Shown piece after piece: positions 25,921-31,134 of a stretch of DNA of 31,134 nucleotides. Position 1 is the stretch's first letter. Each line of letters begins with the position of its first letter. A program made the position numbers and the translations under genes. The stretch lies in the IMG/VR virus record IMGVR_UViG_3300020043_008363, positions 1 through 31,134 of that record; one strand, written 5' to 3'. The stretch comes from a virus (Duplodnaviria; Caudoviricetes). The notes under the pieces are model-generated. The model was given only the letters and a program-made list of their open reading frames with translations. It did no database searches and had not been told where the DNA came from.

Positions 25921-26538
25921 TTACCTCGCTAAAGTGCGTCTTTGGTAGACCTGGATGGTGGCGCGGACAGTCTGCTGGGTCAAGGTGGTGCCGGTCTCAT
26001 CTTCACCGACGACGAACTCCTGGGCGGTGACGCCCTGGGCCGGAAGGCAGTTATAGATACCGGTGCTTCCACCGTTCATCGCGTCATAGTTAATGAGCCC
26101 TGGGCCGCTGCTGCAAAGCAGGATGACGGCTCCTTCGATGTAGGTGCGCAGGGCGACCTCATAGGCTTGAATGTCAAAGGGGATGGGCGGGTCCAGTGGG
26201 TCCGCTTTGATGAGCGGCTCCACGCCGTAGACGCCATCGTAATAGCCCCAGTCGGCCGTCACCGCAATCTCTAACTCATGGATCTGGTCCATGGCCCCGA
26301 GCCCGTCCGTGATGCGCGCATCGGTGCGCACGACAGTGATGCCGAAGGACGGCTGCGTCTCGGCATTGAAGAAGGCGCGCTGCGACGTGTAGATGTTCGC
26401 CGCCACAGGGGCGGGCAGGTTAGGCGCCCCCATGGCCTTGAGCCACGTCGCATCGCAGACCGTGGCCCAGTTAGCCACGATCAGGCTCTTTGCTGTAAGA
26501 GCGACTAGATTAGCGCCATTAGCTGTGCCTGCGATCAT
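25921..26538 (-). CDS. Putative tail terminator/completion protein
   Basis: Position immediately before the tail tube. PSFGITV pattern. Confidence 0.6.
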   Translation of the reverse strand: MIAGTANGANLVALTAKSLIVANWATVCDATWLKAMGAPNLPAPVAANIYTSQRAFFNAETQPSFGITVVRTDARITDGLGAMDQIHELEIAVTADWGYYDGVYGVEPLIKADPLDPPIPFDIQAYEVALRTYIEGAVILLCSSGPGLINYDAMNGGSTGIYNCLPAQGVTAQEFVVGEDETGTTLTQQTVRATIQVYQRRTLAR

Positions 26539-27194
26539 GGTACAAATCCATTCGGGTTCATGCCGAAGCGGGTGAGCACGTCGCCGGAGGTGAGGCCGAC
26601 CTTCCCGCCCTTAACCAGAGGGGTGCGAATCATCGCGTTTCTGACGTCATTAGAGAAAGTCTTAGAGAGCATCACCAGCTTTCGCTGAGGGGTGGGCACA
26701 GTGACGGTCTTCCGCTTCTTCTTTCCCCATCTGCGGGTCCACGAGCCGGTGCCGTTATTATGGTTAGCCGCATATGGCAGCGACGTGCCCATGGTCGCCG
26801 TGTCATTGTTGACCCGGTAAACATAGTATTTATTGCCAGTGCTGACCATGGACGGGTACAGCCGCTCCATGCCGTTAGGTGAGGTGTTGGAGGGGGTGCT
26901 GGTATAGCGCAGCAGGGCCACCTTTCTTTGCGACTTCTGGGGGAAGCCAAGCACCCACTTCTTAACCGGAACGTAGTACTTCCGTTCCAGCTTCGTGTAC
27001 CGTGGCCAGTTCGCGCCCGTGCTCCGACCTTCCGTCAGAAACATCACGCGCCGGGACTCGGCCCACGCGTTGGATACCACGCCGTTTTTATCCTGCCAGA
27101 ATGCCTGCCAGTTAGACACCCCACGGATGGCCACTTCGATGCCCTGAATCAGAGCGCCGGTGTTATCGAAGACTTCGATCTTAAGGGATGACAT
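26535..27194 (-). CDS. Virion morphogenesis protein (Mu gpG-like)
   Basis: Basic protein with GANWP and MGTSLPYAANHNNG..PQR motifs. Confidence 0.7.
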   Translation of the reverse strand: MSSLKIEVFDNTGALIQGIEVAIRGVSNWQAFWQDKNGVVSNAWAESRRVMFLTEGRSTGANWPRYTKLERKYYVPVKKWVLGFPQKSQRKVALLRYTSTPSNTSPNGMERLYPSMVSTGNKYYVYRVNNDTATMGTSLPYAANHNNGTGSWTRRWGKKKRKTVTVPTPQRKLVMLSKTFSNDVRNAMIRTPLVKGGKVGLTSGDVLTRFGMNPNGFVP

Positions 27195-27197
27195 GCG

Positions 27198-27680
27198 TCA
27201 CATCTTATCCGCGGCCGAGTTTATTGCAAGGCGTGAGCCGCTGTTAAGCTGGGCGGATGTCAAGGTCGACTGGTAGGTCGCATTGGAGTGGAGGATGTTA
27301 GGACTAAAGATGCCGACCGGGCGCTTCGCACCCATGTCCTGCGGCATCTTTCTGATCCGGTCAAAGAGCGCTGTCGCTTCCTCGTCCAGGCGGTCTGCCA
27401 TGGTGTTTGCGTTTTGGTTCCGCATCCGCATCACCTGCGCGGCGAAGCGCATGATGATGTAGCGCTGGCACTGCCGGTACATGGCCGCGTTCACGTCCAC
27501 GTCCAGGTTTGCCACGTCCACGCCCATTCCAGTCAAGAACGCGCAGATGTCTGCGGCGTGGTCCTGGATGATGGCGAGCGCCTCCACGTCCGTGGGCGCG
27601 GTCTCGGCGGTGAAAGCGATGCGGGGAAGGTACCGGCCGATGTCGGCGGGAACGACGCCAAATGTATAAACTTCAGCCAT
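27198..27680 (-). CDS. Putative head-tail adaptor
   Basis: Helical 160-aa protein directly after the capsid gene. AGGAG RBS. Confidence 0.7.
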   Translation of the reverse strand: MAEVYTFGVVPADIGRYLPRIAFTAETAPTDVEALAIIQDHAADICAFLTGMGVDVANLDVDVNAAMYRQCQRYIIMRFAAQVMRMRNQNANTMADRLDEEATALFDRIRKMPQDMGAKRPVGIFSPNILHSNATYQSTLTSAQLNSGSRLAINSAADKM

Positions 27681-27692
27681 GCTTTATCTCCT

Positions 27693-27769
27693 CGCTGTGG
27701 TGAGCCGCGGAAGCGAAGGAGGGGCACCCCCGCGGCTCGCCACAGCGCCCCAGGGTGGACCCCCGGGGC
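27693..27769 (-). promoter_or_regulatory. Double RNA hairpin between the capsid and adaptor genes
   Basis: 9-bp stem at ~27747-27769 and a 17/18-bp stem (27693-27710 with 27730-27747) abutting the RBS. Confidence 0.7.
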
Positions 27770-27777
27770 ACAGGACA

Positions 27778-28779
27778 TTAAGTGTTAATGTCGAAGATCT
27801 GGAAGCCGAACTTGTTCGCCGTGCCGCCAAGGACGGTGACGCCAAAGTCCGCTTCAAGGTGCATGCCCACGCCATAGGGGTTATTGACGGTGTAGGTCTG
27901 CACGACGCCGGTGGCCGCGGACGGGTCCGGGGTCATCGTCTGCAGGAAGCCGCTGTCGCCGTAGGCCTCGGCAACCTTGAACACCGAGAGGACGCCGTCG
28001 GCGATGACGGGCGCGCCGGTCGGATTCGTCGGAGTCGGAAGGTAGTGCGGGAAGACGACCAGTTCGATCGGGGCGATGAGCCGCGATGCGAAGAAGGTCC
28101 GCAGCTGAGAGAGGTCGGCGACGCCGGTCTTCGCGTAGCTGGTGCCGTCCGATGCCAGCGCGTAGCCCATGCCCTGCACCTGGAGGGCGCTAAGCAGGAT
28201 GTTCGCGGTGGAAAGGTTGCAGCAGGCGACCCAGCGGCCTTCCGTGATCGGCGAGCCGACCTGGGCAAGGCTGATGAGGCCGCTATTGATGGTGCCCTGA
28301 AGGTCCGCCGATGAGTTAGTGGCAACAGCGAGGGCGCCCGAGGAGATGTAGTTAGTGGCATCGCTGATGGCCGCCCCCGTGAGAGCGGCATGCAGCTGGA
28401 CGCCCTGCGTCTGCAGCTTCTGGCTGTAGGTCGCAAGGATGTCAGAGCCACGCGCCTCAAATTCGGCGATCTGCTTCATCGAGAAGTTCATCTGGCCAAG
28501 GCGGTAGATGCTCGCCTGGTAGGTGGACGACGTGATGCGCAGGCCGCCAGCCGAAGCAGGCGTGTCATAGCCAACGCCATTCTGGGGGTTGCCAGGGGCA
28601 CCGACCATAAGGGCATCGTTCTCGGCGAAGTAGTGGTAGAAGCCCTGCCGCGTGTCGACCTTGATGATGGGTGCGACCGACAGCGCCTCACGACCCGAGG
28701 AGCCGAAGCGAGGAAGGCTGATTTTCTGAAGTACACTGGGGCGAAGTGCCCCTGTATTAACGCCAATGGGAAGCGACAT
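27778..28779 (-). CDS. Major capsid protein
   Basis: 333 aa, GAGG RBS, follows protease/scaffold and decoration genes, followed by strong hairpins. Confidence 0.82.
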   Translation of the reverse strand: MSLPIGVNTGALRPSVLQKISLPRFGSSGREALSVAPIIKVDTRQGFYHYFAENDALMVGAPGNPQNGVGYDTPASAGGLRITSSTYQASIYRLGQMNFSMKQIAEFEARGSDILATYSQKLQTQGVQLHAALTGAAISDATNYISSGALAVATNSSADLQGTINSGLISLAQVGSPITEGRWVACCNLSTANILLSALQVQGMGYALASDGTSYAKTGVADLSQLRTFFASRLIAPIELVVFPHYLPTPTNPTGAPVIADGVLSVFKVAEAYGDSGFLQTMTPDPSAATGVVQTYTVNNPYGVGMHLEADFGVTVLGGTANKFGFQIFDINT

Positions 28780-28810
28780 GATTAACCTCGTTACTTAGTG
28801 TTAGGGTCTA

Positions 28811-29251
28811 TTAAGCGCCGCGGGTGGGCAGGAACATGATGGTGAACTGCTCGCCGGCATTGTTAGCAGGCGTGAGTGCGACACCGATGACCCAGTCACC
28901 CGAGGCAAGAGCGCCGGAAGCGGTCTGAAACCGGCCCGTGGCGTCGGCAGCGACGACCGTGCCAGCGGTGATCGCGGCACCGGAGAGAGCGCCGTCAAAG
29001 GCGCCCGCAAGGGTGTCGTAGATCTCGCAGTTAGTGGCCGTGCCGGGGTAGGTGCCGCTGTCGGAAGCAGCGCCAACGACGACAACGCCAACCGGAACAT
29101 CCTGGATGGAGTTAGCGACCTCAAGGACCGTCACGCCGTAGGTGGCCGTGTCCGCCGCGTTAATGGTAAGAATCTTACCTTCAAGGCCGGTGAGGTCGGT
29201 CTTGATGAGGTACTTCAGTGTGGACTTTGGATTAAGATCTGCAAGTGCCAT
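28811..29251 (-). CDS. Head decoration/cement protein (DUF2190-like)
   Basis: SGAAITAGTVVAADATGR..VIGVALTPANNAGE pattern. Lies between scaffold and capsid. Confidence 0.75.
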   Translation of the reverse strand: MALADLNPKSTLKYLIKTDLTGLEGKILTINAADTATYGVTVLEVANSIQDVPVGVVVVGAASDSGTYPGTATNCEIYDTLAGAFDGALSGAAITAGTVVAADATGRFQTASGALASGDWVIGVALTPANNAGEQFTIMFLPTRGA

Positions 29252-29286
29252 GTTATTACTCCGTCAATGTGCGCCGTGGCGCGGGT

Positions 29287-30441
29287 TTAGTGGGTGCCCT
29301 TGGTGGCGCGCTGCTCAAGTACCTCAGAGGGGATCTTTCCATCGCGGATCCAGCACCAGGCGGCGATCTGCGAGCAGCCTTCCTTCTCGGCAAGATTAGC
29401 AATAAGGCTGTACTGCTCATCGTCGGAAAGGGCGGCAAAGGCCTGAACCTTGCCCATCACCTCGCCGAGGTTAGCCGTGGTGGCCGCGGCGACGGGTGCG
29501 ACCGCGCGCGCGTTGACGACCGCAGCCGAAGCAGGGGCCAGGTCCTTCAGAAGCGCCGAGTAGCCAGCGCGGTCAGAGAGGTATGCGGCAGCCAGCGTGT
29601 TAAGCGCGGTGTCCGACACGCGGCGACCGGCAAGGTCAGCGCGGACGGCCTGGATCGCGTTCGCCGTGCGAAGGGTGGCGACCTCATCCTTAAGCGAGGC
29701 AAGCTCTTCGCCCCGCTTCATCGCGGCCTCATCCTCTTTCTTGGCCTCTACTTCGATGGCCATCTCCGTCGCAGGCGCGGCCTCGGCGGCAGCGGCTACA
29801 AGGCGAAGAAGCTCTTCCACCTTTGCGGGGTCAAGCCCCATGTCAGCACAGTACGCGGCAAGTTTCTCTTTCATCGTTACACCTTCTGAAAGTGATACCC
29901 CCCGCATCTCGGCGACGGGTACCTGTTGTGATTTAACCTGTGGAATGGTGACGAAGGACACCTCGCCGATGCCAAATAAGTATACTTCGTCTGAAGCTTC
30001 AGTGGTGGCTCCGGCGCGGATGTTAGGCGAGATATAGACCACCTCGCCGTCATCGAAGCGCTGGGCCCAGGTGGGCGACGTCACTTCAAGGCCAGCGTAG
30101 ACCATGCGGTCGCAGGGCTGGGCGATATCGTAGAGGGCGGCCTCATCGCGGGTCATCACGCGGATGCAGCGCATGTAGCCGGCTCCCATGCCGTTAGTCT
30201 CATGCTCAATCGCGATGGGAGGCGCATAAACAGTAAGCCATCTTTCCAGCGAGCTAACCCAGTCATCGAACTTGAACTGGAGCTTCTCCACGTCCGTGGT
30301 ATCGGCCGCCAGGTCCCACTTCGTTCCGCGCACGTGGATGGGTCCCTCGGGCAGCAGTGATACCCAGCGCAGCGTAGAGCCATCGCGCAGGTCGACGGTG
30401 GAGGCCTTCATGCGGGGCGAGATGGATGCTTTCTTTGCCAT
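29287..30441 (-). CDS. Prohead protease/scaffold (Mu gpI-like)
   Basis: WVSLLPEG, PIAIEHE, GAGY, GEVVYISP protease motifs and a coiled-coil C-terminal half. Possible internal start at 29874. Confidence 0.8.
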   Translation of the reverse strand: MAKKASISPRMKASTVDLRDGSTLRWVSLLPEGPIHVRGTKWDLAADTTDVEKLQFKFDDWVSSLERWLTVYAPPIAIEHETNGMGAGYMRCIRVMTRDEAALYDIAQPCDRMVYAGLEVTSPTWAQRFDDGEVVYISPNIRAGATTEASDEVYLFGIGEVSFVTIPQVKSQQVPVAEMRGVSLSEGVTMKEKLAAYCADMGLDPAKVEELLRLVAAAAEAAPATEMAIEVEAKKEDEAAMKRGEELASLKDEVATLRTANAIQAVRADLAGRRVSDTALNTLAAAYLSDRAGYSALLKDLAPASAAVVNARAVAPVAAATTANLGEVMGKVQAFAALSDDEQYSLIANLAEKEGCSQIAAWCWIRDGKIPSEVLEQRATKGTH

Positions 30442-30448
30442 GTGGTGC

Positions 30449-30477
30449 TTTATGTACAGGTGAAAGAGGGTTTGCAA
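30449..30477 (-). promoter_or_regulatory. Candidate promoter for the protease-capsid-tail operon
   Basis: Minus strand reads TTGCAAacCCTCT...TGTACATA, resembling the 12888 promoter (TTGCAAtgCCTCT...TACATGTA). Confidence 0.45.
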
Positions 30478-30539
30478 TATAGCTAAAAGCGGTTACATGC
30501 CTGCTACTGTCCGATTTCAGACACTAGTAGGAAGACTAA

Positions 30540-30776
30540 ATGACTAGGCGCCAGAAAGAGATATATTCCCTCCTCCTCTCCGCACACCACATGGGCATCG
30601 ACCTGTCCCCAGAAGCGATCGCAAAGCGGACGGCGGCCTGGGGCAAGCACGCGGTACGCAGCGAGCTATTCACCATGTTCAATGAGGGCATCGTCACAGG
30701 CGTGGTGAAGATCGGTGGTTCGCACCCGGACCGGTACCTTCTTGAAGGGTGCCCGTGCCCGTGGTGCGCTAAATAG
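30540..30776 (+). CDS. Small winged-HTH-like protein with C-terminal CxCxxC
   Basis: MTRRQKEIY..LSPEAIAK..GIV resembles the LexA N-terminal wHTH. Ends GCPCPWC. AGGA upstream. Fills an otherwise empty gap. Confidence 0.65.
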   Translation: MTRRQKEIYSLLLSAHHMGIDLSPEAIAKRTAAWGKHAVRSELFTMFNEGIVTGVVKIGGSHPDRYLLEGCPCPWCAK

Positions 30777-31134
30777 TACCAAACTCGGCGAACCATCCGC
30801 AGCGGCAGTTCCCGCGGCCCTGGCAGTTAGGGTCCGGCAGTTCGGGGATGACCAGCTGGCCCGCGTTAATCCAGTCTTTCACCATGATGATCTGCCCGTC
30901 GGCCTGCTCGCAGACATCGCATCTATTTTTATCCGGGATGCTGGAGCGGATGAGTTTGGTGGGCACCATGTTGGAGATGGTGGGCGCGGCCGCGTATGCG
31001 TTAGTGCGAGCGGCACTGGCGACAGAGTTAAGCGCCGTCGCTGCATTGTTGACTAGCCCAGCCTGGGTGATCTGCGACGTGAAGGTGGCCATGTCCATGC
31101 CCGAGAGCACGGCGTTCTCCACCTCGCCCTGAAC
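30769..31134 (-). CDS. C-terminal MuF/SPP1-gp7-like part of the portal fusion
   Basis: DKNRCDVC...DG...PDPNCQGRGNCRC resembles the MuF Cys motif. In frame with 1..2944 via the terminal overlap. Confidence 0.8.
   Translation of the reverse strand, partial: VQGEVENAVLSGMDMATFTSQITQAGLVNNAATALNSVASAARTNAYAAAPTISNMVPTKLIRSSIPDKNRCDVCEQADGQIIMVKDWINAGQLVIPELPDPNCQGRGNCRCGWFAEFGTI
31014..31134. repeat. Terminal direct repeat, right copy
   Basis: Identical to 1-121. Confidence 0.97.

Noticed and set aside
24903-26030. 375-aa + strand ORF
   Set aside because: Antisense shadow of the tail tube gene. The same applies to the + ORFs at 17037, 27679 and 29245.
5577-30776. Stop-codon reassignment
   Set aside because: Genes tile densely under the standard code, and TAA, TAG and TGA all terminate recognisable proteins.

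Overview
The window is almost certainly a complete, circularly assembled genome (about 31,013 bp; bases 1-121 equal 31014-31134) of a GC-rich tailed dsDNA phage, probably a siphovirus. It has two divergent arms around a non-coding origin-like region (about 4790-5570). The + arm (5577-15176) carries a prim-pol/PriCT-2/DUF927 primase-helicase, a YqaJ-type exonuclease, a nuclease-less MmeI-like methyltransferase split into two genes, a RuvC-like resolvase, an HNH nuclease and an SSB-like protein. The - arm carries terS, terL, portal, Mu-I-like protease/scaffold, decoration protein, capsid, connectors, tail tube, a frameshifted tail chaperone, tape measure, tail-tip genes and a CHAP lysis cassette. 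I recognised no integrase, transposase or replicative DNA polymerase. The most unusual feature is hidden by the window break: one ~1062-aa ORF fusing portal, a Pro-rich linker, two tandem copies of an uncharacterised 'LWGGD' domain and a MuF-like head-morphogenesis domain. Other oddities are a TACATGTA promoter box with a candidate antisense wHTH regulator, an anti-SD hairpin after the capsid gene, and a ~56-nt tRNA-like element. All family calls come from motif recognition by eye, not from database searches.
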